This document shows, in pieces, positions 1-11,700 of a stretch of 64,000 bases of DNA; the first letter of the stretch is position 1, and each line of letters opens with the position of its first letter. The translations under genes were made by a program, and so were the position numbers. A model generated the notes under the pieces. The model did no database searches. It saw only the letters and a list, made by a program, of their open reading frames with translations, and was not told where the DNA came from. This DNA is from an uncultured bacterium. GTDB lineage: Bacteria > Verrucomicrobiota > Verrucomicrobiia > Limisphaerales > UBA8199. The stretch lies in NCBI GenBank assembly GCA_963749495.1, contig CAVVMW010000010.1:384001-448000 (forward strand), in the 5' to 3' direction.

Positions 1-594
1 CACAGCCTGTTGATAGCCGGCGGGGTCGCCGTTGTACACGGTCTTGACCACGTCGCACCCGTATTCCAATCCCAGGCGGATGGCCATGGCCAGATCGGAG
101 GAAGCCGGCATCAACTGGGCCGCGTTCCTGGAGGAGACGCGGGGGATGATTTCGCCGCACAGGGGCAGGCCGATGCGTTCGCACTCGGCCGAGACGCTCG
201 CCAGCTTCTTGAGCAATTCGGATTCCAGGGGCGCGTCATCTATGCCCAGGTAGCAGTTGACCACCGCCATGTCCGCGCCCAGCGCCGCTGCCTCCTGGGC
301 GCTGTGCAGCAGGTGCATGCGGGTGTCCGGCCCCCCGAGGTGGGAAATCGTGCTGTCAATGCGCATGATCACTCCCAGGTCCCCGATTTCGTGGACGGCC
401 TGCCGCAACGCCCCCGCGGTCAGGAGCACCGCGGTCGCCCCACACTCCCGCGCCAGGGTGAGCAGTCTGGCGGGGTCCTCGGTCCCGGGCTGGGGGCCAA
501 AGTAGATGGGATGATCCAGCGGCAGCACCAGCGCCTTGCCGTTGCGGAAGACCCGCCGCAGCCGCAGTTGTTTGCCCAGGCTTGTTGCAATCAC
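1..594 (-). CDS. Class I aldolase, DhnA/LsrF-like (runs off the left edge)
   Basis: Not in the ORF track; my translation from GTG at 594 gives VIATSLGKQLRLRRVFRNGKALVLPLDHPIY...AAALGADMAVVNCYLG...AIRLGLEYGCDVVKTVY. It has the DH motif and Schiff-base Lys (DVVKT) of DhnA-type aldolases. Confidence 0.85.
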   Translation of the reverse strand, partial: MIATSLGKQLRLRRVFRNGKALVLPLDHPIYFGPQPGTEDPARLLTLARECGATAVLLTAGALRQAVHEIGDLGVIMRIDSTISHLGGPDTRMHLLHSAQEAAALGADMAVVNCYLGIDDAPLESELLKKLASVSAECERIGLPLCGEIIPRVSSRNAAQLMPASSDLAMAIRLGLEYGCDVVKTVYNGDPAGYQQAV

Positions 595-621
595 AGCAAA
601 ATGATGGGCATGTCGGCGCCG

Positions 622-770
622 GGTGTCGAGTGTCGAGTGTCCAGGGACGAGGGACGAGTGTCGAGGGCCGAGGGTCGAGGCCGAGGGCCAGTCGGACCGG
701 TCTGACGCGTCGGACGGGTCAGACCGTCCCCATTCCGCATTTGTCATTCGTCATTTGTCATTCGTCATTC
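622..770. repeat. Heptamer tandem repeats (GTGTCGA/GGGACGA-type and TCATTYG)
   Basis: gtgtcgagtgtcgagtgtcc...gggacgagggacgag and tcattcgtcatttgtcattcgtcattc lie between the two genes. Confidence 0.8.
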
Positions 771-2285
771 GCCCTCCCCCGTCGTCCCTGTCGTGAGATA
801 GATCAACTCCCGCTCGGTTGCGGTGCGGCCGTCGAGCTCCCCGGCCAGGCGGCCCTCGTGCATGACCAGTATCCGGTCGCACAACCCGAGCAATTCCGGC
901 ATCTCGGACGAGACGACGATGACGCCGTGACCGGCCTGGGCGAACTGGCGGAGCAGGCGGTGGATCTCGGCCTTGGCGCCGATGTCAATGCCGCGGGTCG
1001 GCTCGTCCACGATCAACACCTTTGGGTCTGTGGCCAGCCATCGGGCCAGGAGGAGCTTCTGCTGGTTTCCGCCGGAGAGGGTGCGGGTCTCCTGCTGGAG
1101 GTTGGCCCCGGCAACCCGCAACTCCTGCCAGGAGCGCTCTGCCAGCGCGCGGCAGAGGCGCGGCCTGACCAGGCCCCGGGCCGAGCATCGCTTGAGGTTT
1201 CCGCACAGGATGTTGTCGCCGGCGCTCTGGTCCAGGAACAATCCCTGTTGCTTGCGGTCCTCCGGCACATAAGCGATGCCGGCCTGAATGGCCTGCCGGA
1301 CCGAGCGGAATCGACGCGCCCGGCCCTCCAGGACAATTCGCCCGGACTCCAGTGGATCGGCGCAGAAGATGGCCCGCATCAAGGCCGTGCGGCCCGCCCC
1401 GACCAATCCGCAGAAGCCAAGGATCTCGCGGCGGCGCAAGGCGAAGCTGATGTCGCGAAACCCGCCTCGGCTGCCCAGGCCTTCGGCCTCGAGCAGGACC
1501 TCGCCCAATTCCCGGGCCTTGGCCGGATACAGTTGCGTCAACTCGCGCCCGACCATCGCCCGAAGGACCTCGTTGCGAGACACCGCGTCGCGTCTCCAGC
1601 TTGCGACCACTGCGCCGTCGCGCAGCACCGTAATCCGGTCGCTGACCCGGAACACCTCGTCCAGGCGGTGCGAGATGAAGACGATCCCGGCGGACTTGGC
1701 CTTGAGTTTGCGGATAGTCTCCAGCACCAACTCGGACTCCTGCGCGTCCAGGGACGAGGTCGGCTCATCGAAGAGGATCACTTTGGGTTTCCAGGACAGG
1801 GTCTTGAGGATTTCGACAACCTGGAGATGGCTCATGCTGAGCGAGCCCACCGGCGCGGCCGCATCAATGGAAGGGCAGAACTCCCCCAGCATCCGTTCGG
1901 CCCGCCGGCGCAGTTCTGTCCAATCGATGAACCAGCCGCGGCGCGGCTCCAGGCCGGCCAGGATGTTCTCGGCCACGCTCAGATCCGGCGCTAGGCTCAA
2001 CTCCTGGTGGGCCATGGCTATCCCCGCCCGCAGGGCGTCGGCCGGGGACCTGGGCGCGAACTCCACGCCGCAGAGCCTGAGCGTTCCCGCATCGGGCGCG
2101 TGAATCCCGGCGGCGATGCGCAGGAGGGTGCTCTTGCCCGCCCCGTTCTCGCCCACCAGCCCGTGTACCTCGCCCGGGTAGAGGTCCAGCCCCGCATCGC
2201 GCAGGACCGGCACCTCCCCGAAACGCTTGCAGATGCCGCGCATCTCCAGCAAAGCGGGGGTCATGAGGGGACAGGTTGAGTCCAT
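765..2285 (-). CDS. Monosaccharide ABC transporter ATP-binding protein (RbsA/MglA-like)
   Basis: Walker A GENGAGKST, two NBDs, LSGGNQQK signature, DEPTRGID. Alternative start at 2264. Confidence 0.93.
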   Translation of the reverse strand: MDSTCPLMTPALLEMRGICKRFGEVPVLRDAGLDLYPGEVHGLVGENGAGKSTLLRIAAGIHAPDAGTLRLCGVEFAPRSPADALRAGIAMAHQELSLAPDLSVAENILAGLEPRRGWFIDWTELRRRAERMLGEFCPSIDAAAPVGSLSMSHLQVVEILKTLSWKPKVILFDEPTSSLDAQESELVLETIRKLKAKSAGIVFISHRLDEVFRVSDRITVLRDGAVVASWRRDAVSRNEVLRAMVGRELTQLYPAKARELGEVLLEAEGLGSRGGFRDISFALRRREILGFCGLVGAGRTALMRAIFCADPLESGRIVLEGRARRFRSVRQAIQAGIAYVPEDRKQQGLFLDQSAGDNILCGNLKRCSARGLVRPRLCRALAERSWQELRVAGANLQQETRTLSGGNQQKLLLARWLATDPKVLIVDEPTRGIDIGAKAEIHRLLRQFAQAGHGVIVVSSEMPELLGLCDRILVMHEGRLAGELDGRTATERELIYLTTGTTGEGE

Positions 2286-2340
2286 TGTCCCAGTCTATCT
2301 GAAAAGGCCCTCGAACCTCCCGGAAGCTTGAGAGCGGCAG

Positions 2341-2506
2341 ATTGAAAATTGAAAATTGAAAATTGCGGGCGCCGATCTTCGACCGGTTGCTCCAATTTGC
2401 AATTTGCAATTTGCAATTTTCAATCTCTCTCCGCAGAAGGGCCCTTTGGCCCCTTGGTCATTCGTCATTCGTCATTCGTCATTCGTCATTCGTCATTCGT
2501 CATTCG
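2341..2506. repeat. Heptamer tandem repeats (AATTGAA/AATTTGC and TCATTCG x7)
   Basis: attgaaaattgaaaattgaaaattgc...caatttgcaatttgcaatttgcaattttcaat, and (tcattcg)7 at 2458-2506. Confidence 0.9.
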
Positions 2507-2519
2507 ATACGCCCCCAAC

Positions 2520-4610
2520 TCATTGCTCGCGCCGAAAGCACTCCACGTTTTGGCGGCTAATGACAAAACTGCCCGTATCAACATTGGGCGGCAGGGGATT
2601 GACCCGGACCTTCCGCCAATTGTCTGTGAACCGGATGCGCTCGTTGCGCAGGTCGTAGAGCATCTGGAGCGCAAGATAGGTCATCGTATAGGTCCGCTGG
2701 GCGATGGAGGCATCGATCACGCCTTCCCGGATGAATTCCAGCGTGGCCTCATCACGGTCCATGGCGACGATGCGGATTTTCCCAACTCGCCCGGCCTGCT
2801 TGACGGCAACGGCGGCGCCCTGGCCGCCGGCGGCGGCGACGCAGCCGAAGCCTGCGAGATCCGGATGGGCCTGGATGAGCGCGCGGCACTCCTTCTCGGC
2901 CTCGGTTTGCGAGCCGTGGTCGTTGCCAATCTGCACGATCTGAATGCCCGGCCACTTGGCCAGCGCATCCTGGTAGCCCTGGACGCGCTTGGCCAGGTTG
3001 TCCGCGCCCGGAATCGTCAGCAGCGCCACCTGGCCCCGGCCCTGGAGCAGCCGCGCCAACTCCTCTCCGCCCTGGTAGCCCGCATTGTAGTTGCCGGTGC
3101 CCACAAAACAGTAGCGTTTGCTCGACGGGGCGTCGGCGTCGGCGCAGACCACCGCGATGCCCGCGCCAATCGCCTCGTCAATCGCGGGCGTGAGCGCGTC
3201 CGCCATCGGGACCATGATGATGCCATCAACCTTTTGCGCGATGGCCCGCTTGACCTCATCGATCTGCTGGTTGACATCCACCGTGGGCGGCCCGACAAAG
3301 TTGGCGCTGACCCCCAGCTCTTTGGCCTTGTCACGCAGGCCGGCCTTGGAATCGATCCAGTAGGGGCTGCCGGTGGCGGCAGAAATCATCAGGTAGCGCT
3401 GGCCACTCACGCCGGCGGCGCCGCCGGCCAGGTGTCCGGGCTCGGAGGCCGATCTCCTTGTCTGGATGTGAAAGGCGATCACGCCCAGCAGCGCGAGCGC
3501 CAGGATGATGTTGAGAATTCGTTCCATACGCTTCTTGGAGGGTTTGAACAGGAGCGCGGCCATCCGCGCCAGGCCCGACAACCCGCCCGGCCTTGCCAGG
3601 ATGGCGGCCAGGATCAGCACGATGCCGACCGCAATTAGTTGGGACTCGGCTGCCAGGTTGATGAAGACCAGCCCCGTCGTGATGATCTGCATCAGAAGCA
3701 GGCCCAAAAATGACCCCAGGATGGTCCCGCGCCCGCCGGACAGGCTCGCCCCGCCCACGATGACGGCGGCAATGACGCGCAGTTCGGCGCCCATCCCGGC
3801 GTTGGCATCAATGGCGTTGGTGCGGCTGGTGGCCACCAGCCCGGCCACGCCGGCCAGGACACCCGTGAGCGTGAAGGCAAAGGTCTTGACGGCGGCGGTG
3901 GGGATGCCCGTCAAGCGGGCGGCCTCTTCGTTGCTGCCGATGAAATAGGCCTGGCGCAGGTAGCGCAGCCGCCGCATCAGCACGTCCGCCACCACAATCG
4001 CGACCAACAGCAGCGCCACCGGAAACCGGACCACGATCAGCCGCTCGCCCGGCATCGGGATGGCCAGGACCTTTCCCCAGGCAATGCTCAGAAAGTCCCC
4101 GGGAAAACCGGTCAGCGGCGAACTGCGCGTGATCACCTGGACCAGGCCCCGCACCACGCTCATCGTGCCGAGTGTGGCGATGAACGGGTTCACCTTGAGC
4201 CGGGTGATGATCGCGCCGTTGGTCCACCCAATCAATCCCCCAGCCAGCAGCGCGCTCAGCATGGCCAGCGGGACCGGCAAATGCCACCGCTTCATCGCCA
4301 GGGCAGCCGCCAGCCCGCAAAACGCCATCACCGAGCCGACCGACATGTCGAACGCCCCGCACACGATGACAACCGTCATGCCGATAGCCATCAGCCCATC
4401 CGGCGCCGCGTTCTCCAGAATCGCTACGGCCGTCTCGAGGTCGAAGAATCTTGGGTTGAGGACTCCAAAAACGAGGGCGGCCAGAACCACCGAGAGCACG
4501 ATGGCCAATTCCCGCCACTGGAAACGATGCCCGAAGGCCGCGCCCCGCGCTCGTTTGCCGGGCTTCGACCGGCCCATTGGGACTACAACCGGTTGCATTG
4601 GTGGCTTCAC
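2520..4610 (-). CDS. Fused sugar ABC permease (RbsC-like) plus periplasmic sugar-binding protein (RbsB-like)
   Basis: N-half has DMSVGS, NPFIATLG, GSNEEAARLTGI and ELRVIAAVIVGGASLSGGRG. C-half is a Peripla_BP_4-type domain (GTGNYNAG, IAQRTYTM). Single ORF. Confidence 0.88.
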   Translation of the reverse strand: MKPPMQPVVVPMGRSKPGKRARGAAFGHRFQWRELAIVLSVVLAALVFGVLNPRFFDLETAVAILENAAPDGLMAIGMTVVIVCGAFDMSVGSVMAFCGLAAALAMKRWHLPVPLAMLSALLAGGLIGWTNGAIITRLKVNPFIATLGTMSVVRGLVQVITRSSPLTGFPGDFLSIAWGKVLAIPMPGERLIVVRFPVALLLVAIVVADVLMRRLRYLRQAYFIGSNEEAARLTGIPTAAVKTFAFTLTGVLAGVAGLVATSRTNAIDANAGMGAELRVIAAVIVGGASLSGGRGTILGSFLGLLLMQIITTGLVFINLAAESQLIAVGIVLILAAILARPGGLSGLARMAALLFKPSKKRMERILNIILALALLGVIAFHIQTRRSASEPGHLAGGAAGVSGQRYLMISAATGSPYWIDSKAGLRDKAKELGVSANFVGPPTVDVNQQIDEVKRAIAQKVDGIIMVPMADALTPAIDEAIGAGIAVVCADADAPSSKRYCFVGTGNYNAGYQGGEELARLLQGRGQVALLTIPGADNLAKRVQGYQDALAKWPGIQIVQIGNDHGSQTEAEKECRALIQAHPDLAGFGCVAAAGGQGAAVAVKQAGRVGKIRIVAMDRDEATLEFIREGVIDASIAQRTYTMTYLALQMLYDLRNERIRFTDNWRKVRVNPLPPNVDTGSFVISRQNVECFRREQ

Positions 4611-4668
4611 AATCCGTCCCGCAAGAGGCAGGCACCCGCCAACGCCCGCACCGGGCCCTCGGCAGGCC

Positions 4669-4730
4669 GGATCGTCCAGTGTACTTCGGGGCCGATGTTT
4701 TCACCCCCTCTCCCCACCCGTCAAGCCAAT
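4669..4730 (-). promoter_or_regulatory. Candidate promoter/operator module shared with 5547-5606 and 14203-14262
   Basis: Minus strand reads TTGACG-N17-AAAACAT-cggccccgaagtACACTGGACGATC, ~60 bp upstream of the ABC operon start. Three near-identical copies in the window. Confidence 0.45.
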
Positions 4731-4770
4731 TCGCAGCCGCCTGAATCCTCGCCTGAGCATTTTTTGAGCA

Positions 4771-4797
4771 CCACGGAATACACGGAATACACGGAAT
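4771..4797. repeat. 9-bp tandem repeat CACGGAATA x3
   Basis: ccacggaatacacggaatacacggaat. Confidence 0.8.
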
Positions 4798-4867
4798 TCG
4801 TACACTGAAGCTATTTTTTCTTAAACTTTGACTTTCAGGCTCAAAAGACGCACAATCAAGCGTAACC

Positions 4868-5149
4868 GTGAGCAACGAGACAGACATTTTAATCAAGCGC
4901 GCCGCTGCCGAACTCAAGACTGCCGGTGCACGGGAAGTTTACGTCTTTGGCTCCGCCGCAAAAGGGACGGGTGATGCCGCTTCGGATCTCGACCTGGCGG
5001 TTTCCGGCCTGCCGCCATCGGTCTTCTATCGCATGGGCGCGCGCGTCAGTGATTTGGTCGGCCATTCGGTGGATTTGATTGACTTGGACTGCAACACGCC
5101 GTTCACCCGCTATCTCCGCACGGAGAATGAACTCGTCCGAGTGCGATAG
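4868..5149 (+). CDS. Minimal nucleotidyltransferase (MNT/MntA-like antitoxin)
   Basis: 93 aa with FGSAAKG...SDLDLAV...VDLIDL, the Pol-beta superfamily motifs. Confidence 0.88.
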   Translation: MSNETDILIKRAAAELKTAGAREVYVFGSAAKGTGDAASDLDLAVSGLPPSVFYRMGARVSDLVGHSVDLIDLDCNTPFTRYLRTENELVRVR

Positions 5150-5154
5150 ATCCG

Positions 5155-5337
5155 GAATACCTGCGTTTCCGTCATGTGTTTCGCAACGCTTATTCCTTTG
5201 ACTTGGATTGGAAGAAAATGGCGCCGCTGGTGCTGCGCCTCGAAGAAACATTTCAAAAGCTGGGAAATGCGTTGGATGATTTTCGGCGGGCACGACTCAC
5301 CCACAGCTCCCACGAGCTGGCCGAGGCCCCCGGTTAG
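5155..5337 (+). pseudogene. C-terminal fragment of a HEPN (HepT-like) toxin
   Basis: Reads EYLRFRHVFRNAYSFDLDWKKMAPLV...* directly after the MNT gene. No start codon; in-frame TGA at 5128. Confidence 0.75.
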
Positions 5338-5355
5338 AGAAAAAGGGGGCAGCGG

Positions 5356-5606
5356 CATAGCTTGGTTGGTTTTGCTTCATATTCCGAGGTGGCCTTGCCC
5401 CGGGTCCGAGGGGGCGGCGTTCCCCAGCCATGTGCGTAAGCGGGCGTTGGCGCTCTTTGATGTGCCCGGATGCACGCGGGCGGCTATCGCCTTGATCGAA
5501 AGCGCCGTCTCTTTGCGCAGCGGCGGCGCGATCGCCGGGTTGGCCCGATCGTCCAGTGTGCTTCGGGGCCAATGTTTTCACCCCCTCTCCCCATCCGTTC
5601 AAGCCA
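5356..5606 (-). repeat. ~250-nt dispersed non-coding repeat, copy A (candidate leader/ncRNA)
   Basis: Aligns with 14012-14262 at high identity except a ~30-nt variable segment. Confidence 0.85.
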
Positions 5607-5762
5607 ATGCGCAGCCGGCGCAGCCCTCGCACAGGAGACGCCCCGTCCGCGTGTTTCTCGCGGCCAGGGCCACCCAGACGAGGCGTCCGCGCTCCCATCC
5701 GAGGCCGCCTTTGATTGCGGCCTGAACAGTTACCTGTCAAGAATGCCGGCAAGCGGACGTGC

Positions 5763-8700
5763 TCACGGCCTGAAGATCAGGCGGTAGAACTTGGCTGGCC
5801 CTTCAGTCGAAGGATCGGCGACGGCGGTCGTGAGCACGCTGCCATTGGCCGGGCTCTCGGCGAATGGCAGCACGGAATCCACCCAGACGCCGTTCAGGTC
5901 AGTGGTTTCCTGGGGGACAAAGGGAGTGCCGGAGAATGTCAGGTTGACAAGGCCATTGGACAGTGTGGCCGAGAGCACGGGTTGGGCGCCAACCGAGGTG
6001 TCGAGGGCCGGAGCCGGGCCATCGTCAGGCGAACCGATCCCCGCGAGGCCTTGGGGGGTCAGGGCCAGGGCGTGGAACTGGATACTGGAGAGGTAAAACT
6101 CACCGTTGGGGGCGCTGGCGTTTGTCTGGGCGCTGAGCAGGGTCGGCGGGCTGTTGCCCCAGTTGATGGGCAGCCCGATGGGCGTGGGCACGGTGAGGCT
6201 GGCGACGGGTTGGCCGTTGAGATAGATGGCCCCGTTGACGCCGATTCCATCCTGGGGATCATCAATCACCAAGGCCAGGCGGTTCCAGGCATCCACCGTC
6301 AGAGGCGCAGCCGAAGCGGCGTCAAACGGCACTCCGGCGGCGGAGCCGGTGAGGTGGGGGTTGTTCTGCGCGTCCAGGGTCAAGGAGACACCGTCCTGCC
6401 CGCTGCTGCCCAGGCAACAAACCAGGCTTTGAAAGAGCGTGCTGGGCGTTCCGAAGGAAGTGTCCGGCTCATAGAGGTCCATAATGACCGTGTAGCTGCT
6501 GACGGAGTTGCTGCCGGGCGGGGCGATGAGGGGCACCTGGATGGAGGGCGCAGGCAGCGGGTTGATGTGCATGACGTTGACGATCTGGCCGGCGGGATCG
6601 GGCAGTCCGAAGTCTTCCGTCGTGCCGGCGCTGAGGCTATAATTGGCGGCAAAACTCGACCCGGCCAGATTCAGATCAGGGCCGACGGTGGCGGCGAGCG
6701 GGTTGGCCGGCAGTGAAACGTCCCACCAGCCCCAGTTCCATGGCCGTGGCTGCGTCACATTGAGCCGGACGTATCCGGTGGCGACGCCGCAAGAATTGGA
6801 GACGAGGACCGAGTAGAGGCCGCCGTCGGAGAAACCGAGCGGGTGGACTTGCAGAGTGGAAGTGGTGACACCGGAGTCGTGGCCGTTATTTGCCAACTTC
6901 ACATTATTATCGCACCACTGGTAACTCAATGGCGGGGTGCCGGCAGCATTGACATTGAACGTGGCTACGCCGCCCACCGGCAAGGCTCGCCCCGGAGTGA
7001 TCGAGAGGATGGCCGGCGGCGCGCAGGTCGAGCAACCGGCGAAGGCGCTGGTGAATTCGACACGCAAGCCGGTCCAACTCGAAGGGTCGGTGTTGGTCAC
7101 GACGAAAGTCAGCGTGTTGGGGCCTGAGACAAAACCGCTGCCGGCGGGAATGATAAAATGCGTCCATTGCGCAAAACCGGCGTTGCCATTGACGGTAGCC
7201 CCTCCGTCGATGGCCGGGATCTGGTTGGCATTGAGATACATCAAGGCTTCGTTGTCCGCCGCCCACCGGCCCGAGATGGCGGCGCTGGCCGGGTTAAAGC
7301 CGGCGGGCAGATTGAATGGCAGCGTGTATGTGTAACCGCCGTAGGGGCTGCAGCCGTTGTTGGTATAATCAGGAGCGATCCACTTCGACACGGCGGGATG
7401 GAAAGCCGGGTCTGGAGGCAAGCTCCATGGAGTATATTCGTAGCAAGTGTAGTTAAGGTAGCGATTCAACCACGCACAAGCGGTGCCGGTGGGATGGCAT
7501 GTGTCTGAGACGGCGACCGCATTGCCGAAGTAGTCGCTGGGCATGCCTGCCGGCACGGCCGCAGGCGGCAGCGCGTAGTGAGGATCAACCGTGTCATCCG
7601 CCAGCAACCCGCCGCTGCCGTCCACCCCCGTATTGAACAGAGCACCCAGGAAGGATTGCGGCCCGCCAACGCTCAAGGAAACCACCCGGGTGGTGGAATT
7701 GCCATTGCAATCGGTGACGGTGACGGTGATGGAGTGAATTCCCGGGCCGATCGGTGTGCCGCACGGCGGCGACTGGGTGATCCTCAGTGACGATTGCAGG
7801 CAACAATTGTCCGTGGCGGTTACGGGCACACAGGGCACGAGACAGTTGGTCGCGGTCATATTCGTCGGGCACACCACCACGGGGCCCGTTTTGTCCTCTC
7901 CCAACACCAGGACCCGGCACTGGCTGGAATTGCCGCAGAGGTCGGTCACGGTCAGGGTGACAACCTGGCTGTGCCCTGAAGCAATCGTTCCGGCCGGCGG
8001 CGATTGCGTGTACACCAATTGGCTGGCCGGTGTGCAGTTGTCCGTCGCGACCGGGTGGATGAGGGGTATGACAAGCGCACAATTGGTATTCAACGCCACA
8101 ACGATTGCGTTGGTTGGGCAGGAGATGGTGGGCGGGGTGGTGTCCACGACGGTTACAGTCTGGCTGCAGGCGCCGCTGTTGCCGCACGCGTCGGTCAACA
8201 GCCAGGTCTGGGTGATGACCTTGGGGCAGAGGCCGTTGGTCATGGCGCCCATAGAGGTGATGGTCACGCCGTTGGTCACGGCGCCGGTCGAGGTGATGGT
8301 CACGTTGCTCCCGCAACACGAGGAGGCCGAGGGCAGATCGAAGGTCCAGGCGCTGCCGCACTGCACCGTCTTGTTGGTCGGGCAGGTCACGGTGATTCCC
8401 GTGGCGCAAGGCGGTTTGCACTTGCCCCCCGCCCCGGCGCTGTAAATTGCGTAAAGTTCCTTGATGGCCAGCGCGCGGTTGTACACCTCCACCTCGTCAA
8501 GCCCGCCCAGCCACGGCACGTTGCCGCCCAAAGGCGAGGCCGCCACCCAGAACAAGTTCGTGTTAGCCAGGTTGCCCGGCGTCGGGGTGAACGTCCCGCT
8601 CGGCCCGGCGTCCACGTAGAATTGGCCCTGGGGTGTGGTGCTGCTCTGATTGAGGCTCACAGCCACAAAGTGCCATTGGCCGTCCGCCGGCACCGTCGCG

Positions 8701-11700
8701 GTGTCGCGGAAGTTGTTCCCCGACATGGTGAAGATAAGGTTGCCATAGTCCAGCGACAAGCCGTAGCCGATGCCGCTGTTGGCGTCGCGCTTGTCCACGA
8801 TCACGCTCGGCGGCGAGTTGGGGGCGTTGGTGGCGCGGTTGACCCACGCATCAATGGTCAGATCGCCCGTGCCGATGTCAATGGCGGGGTAGTCCGGCAC
8901 CGTGACGTACTGGGGCACGCCAGCCAAACTATTGAAATCGAGGCTGTTGGCGACGTAAGCGCCCAGAATGGGGGTTGGACCGCCGAATTGCGTGCCATAG
9001 TCCGGGGGCGAGGCCAGGTTGGCCGAGATCGGGCCGTGGATTTCGTCAAACGGCAGCCACAAGACCATATTGGGCGGCGAGGTCACGCAGCACAGGACCG
9101 TCACCGTCTGGCTGCACGCGGCGGTGTTGCTGCAACAATCCATCACCTGCCAGGTGCGCGTGTAGCTGATGGCGCACGGGTTGGCGCTCAGGTTGGTCAC
9201 CGTGTTGAGCACGGTGATCGTCAGGTCGGTGCAGCAGGCGTCGGCGGCGGCGGGCGGCTCGAAACTCCACGCCGCGCCGCTGCTGACTGTCAGGTTGCTC
9301 GCGCACAGCAGCGCCGGCGGATTGGTGTTGACCACGGTCACAGTCTGGCTGCAGGCGCCGCTGTTGCCGCACGCGTCGGTCAACAGCCAGGTCTGGGTGA
9401 TGACCTTGGGGCAGAGGCCGTTGGTCACGGCGCCCATAGAGGTGATGGTCACGCCGTTGGTCACGGCGCCGGTCGAGGTGATGGTCACGTTGCTCCCGCA
9501 ACACGAGGAGGCCGAGGGCAGATCGAAGGTCCAGGCGCTGCCGCACTGCACCGTCTTGTTGGTCGGGCAGGTCACGGTGATTCCCGTGGCGCAAGGCGGT
9601 TTGCACTTGCCCCCCGCCCCGGCGCTGTAAATTGCGTAAAGTTCCTTGATGGCCAGCGCGCGGTTGTACACCTCCACCTCGTCAAGCCCGCCCAGCCACG
9701 GCACGTTGCCGCCCAAAGGCGAGGCCGCCACCCAGAACAAGTTCGTGTTAGCCAGGTTGCCCGGCGTCGGGGTGAACGTCCCGCTCGGCCCGGCGTCCAC
9801 GTAGAATTGGCCCTGGGGTGTGGTGCTGCTCTGATTGAGGCTCACAGCCACAAAGTGCCATTGGCCGTCCGCCGGCACCGTCGCGGTGTCGCGGAAGTTG
9901 TTCCCCGACATGGTGAAGATAAGGTTGCCATAGTCCAGCGACAAGCCGTAGCCGATGCCGCTGTTGGCGTCGCGCTTGTCCACGATCACGCTCGGCGGCG
10001 AGTTGGGGGCGTTGGTGGCGCGGTTGACCCACGCATCAATGGTCAGATCGCCCGTGCCGATGTCAATGGCGGGGTAGTCCGGCACCGTGACGTACTGGGG
10101 CACGCCAGCCAAACTATTGAAATCGAGGCTGTTGGCGACGTAAGCGCCCAGAATGGGGGTTGGACCGCCGAATTGCGTGCCATAGTCCGGGGGCGAGGCC
10201 AGGTTGGCCGAGATCGGGCCGTGGATTTCGTCAAACGGCAGCCACAAGACCATATTGGGCGGCGAGGTCACGCAGCACAGGACCGTCACCGTCTGGCTGC
10301 ACGCGGCGGTGTTGCTGCAACAATCCATCACCTGCCAGGTGCGCGTGTAGCTGATGGCGCACGGGTTGGCGCTCAGGTTGGTCACCGTGTTGAGCACGGT
10401 GATCGTCAGGTCGGTGCAGCAGGCGTCGGCGGCGGCGGGCGGCTCGAAACTCCACGCCGCGCCGCTGCTCACTGTCAGGTTGCTCGCGCACAGCAACGCC
10501 GGCGGATTGGTGTTGACCACGGTCACAGTCTGGCTGCAGGCGCCGCTGTTGCCGCACGCGTCGGTCAACAGCCAGGTCTGGGTGATGACCTTGGGGCAGA
10601 GGCCGTTGGTCACGGCGCCCATAGAGGTGATGGTCACGCCGTTGGTCACGGCGCCGGTCGAGGTGATGGTCACGTTGCTCCCGCAACACGAGGAGGCCGA
10701 GGGCAGATCGAAGGTCCAGGCGCTGCCGCACTGCACCGTCTTGTTGGTCGGACAATAGACGACGAACGGGGAGACGCAATTGGTCAATTCCGCGCGAAAG
10801 GCCGTTGGCGAGCGGCCCGGCTCACCAGTCGAGCCGTTGTTGGTGACGTAGATGTCCAACATGTTGATGAGGGGCGCGCAGACAAACCCACTCGCGACGT
10901 TGATCGGGGTCCAACTGCTGAAACCAGGAATGCTCGCCACCGGGGCGCCGTTCAGATACACCCCGGCGGTGTTATCCGCCGCCATTTGGCCGCTCAGTTC
11001 CGCAGCGTTGGCGCAGCAGCAGACCAGGAATTGAAGCTGGTAATGGTACACGCCCTCCGGCTCATAAGCATCGGTCGTATCCGGCCCGATCCACTGGGAA
11101 TCCGGGCCATCGAGCAGGGTGGGATAAGTGCTGTTGGCGCTTGCGGGAGCTATGACCAGCGCGCTGGTTCCGGCCCCGGGCGGCGCTGAGAGAAGGACAA
11201 AGTTGGGATCTGTTGCCCCCGTGCCGAGCGCAGCCGGTCCATTCATGCCGGTGTTGAAAACCTGGCACGGGCTGGTGGGGATGACCGTCACCGTCTGGCT
11301 GCACGCGGCGGTGTTGCTGCAACAATCCATCACCTGCCAGGTGCGCGTGTAGCTGATGGCGCACGGGTTGGCGCTCAGGTTGGTCACCGTGTTGAGCACG
11401 GTGATCGTCAGGTCGGTGCAGCAGGCGTCGTCGGCGGCGGGCGGCTCGAAACTCCACGCCGCGCCGCTGCTGACTGTCAGGTTGCTCGCGCACAGCAGCG
11501 CCGGCGGATTGGTGTTGACCACGGTCACAGTCTGGCTGCAGGCGCCGCTGTTGCCGCACGCGTCGGTCAACAGCCAGGTCTGGGTGATGACCTTGGGGCA
11601 GAGGCCGTTGGTCACGGCGCCCATAGAGGTGATGGTCACGCCGTTGGTCACGGCGCCGGTCGAGGTGGTGGTCACGTTGCTCCCGCAACACGAGGAGGCC

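Noticed and set aside
5356..5606. Known riboswitch (cobalamin, TPP, c-di-GMP, SAM) in the repeated leader
   Set aside because: Consensus motifs were not recognisable by eye; kept only as an unknown candidate.
8004..11189. Long plus-strand ORFs (also 17471..19756, 21679..24183, 58598..61435 and 582..1994)
   Set aside because: Antisense shadows of GC-rich genes that have clear motifs on the other strand.
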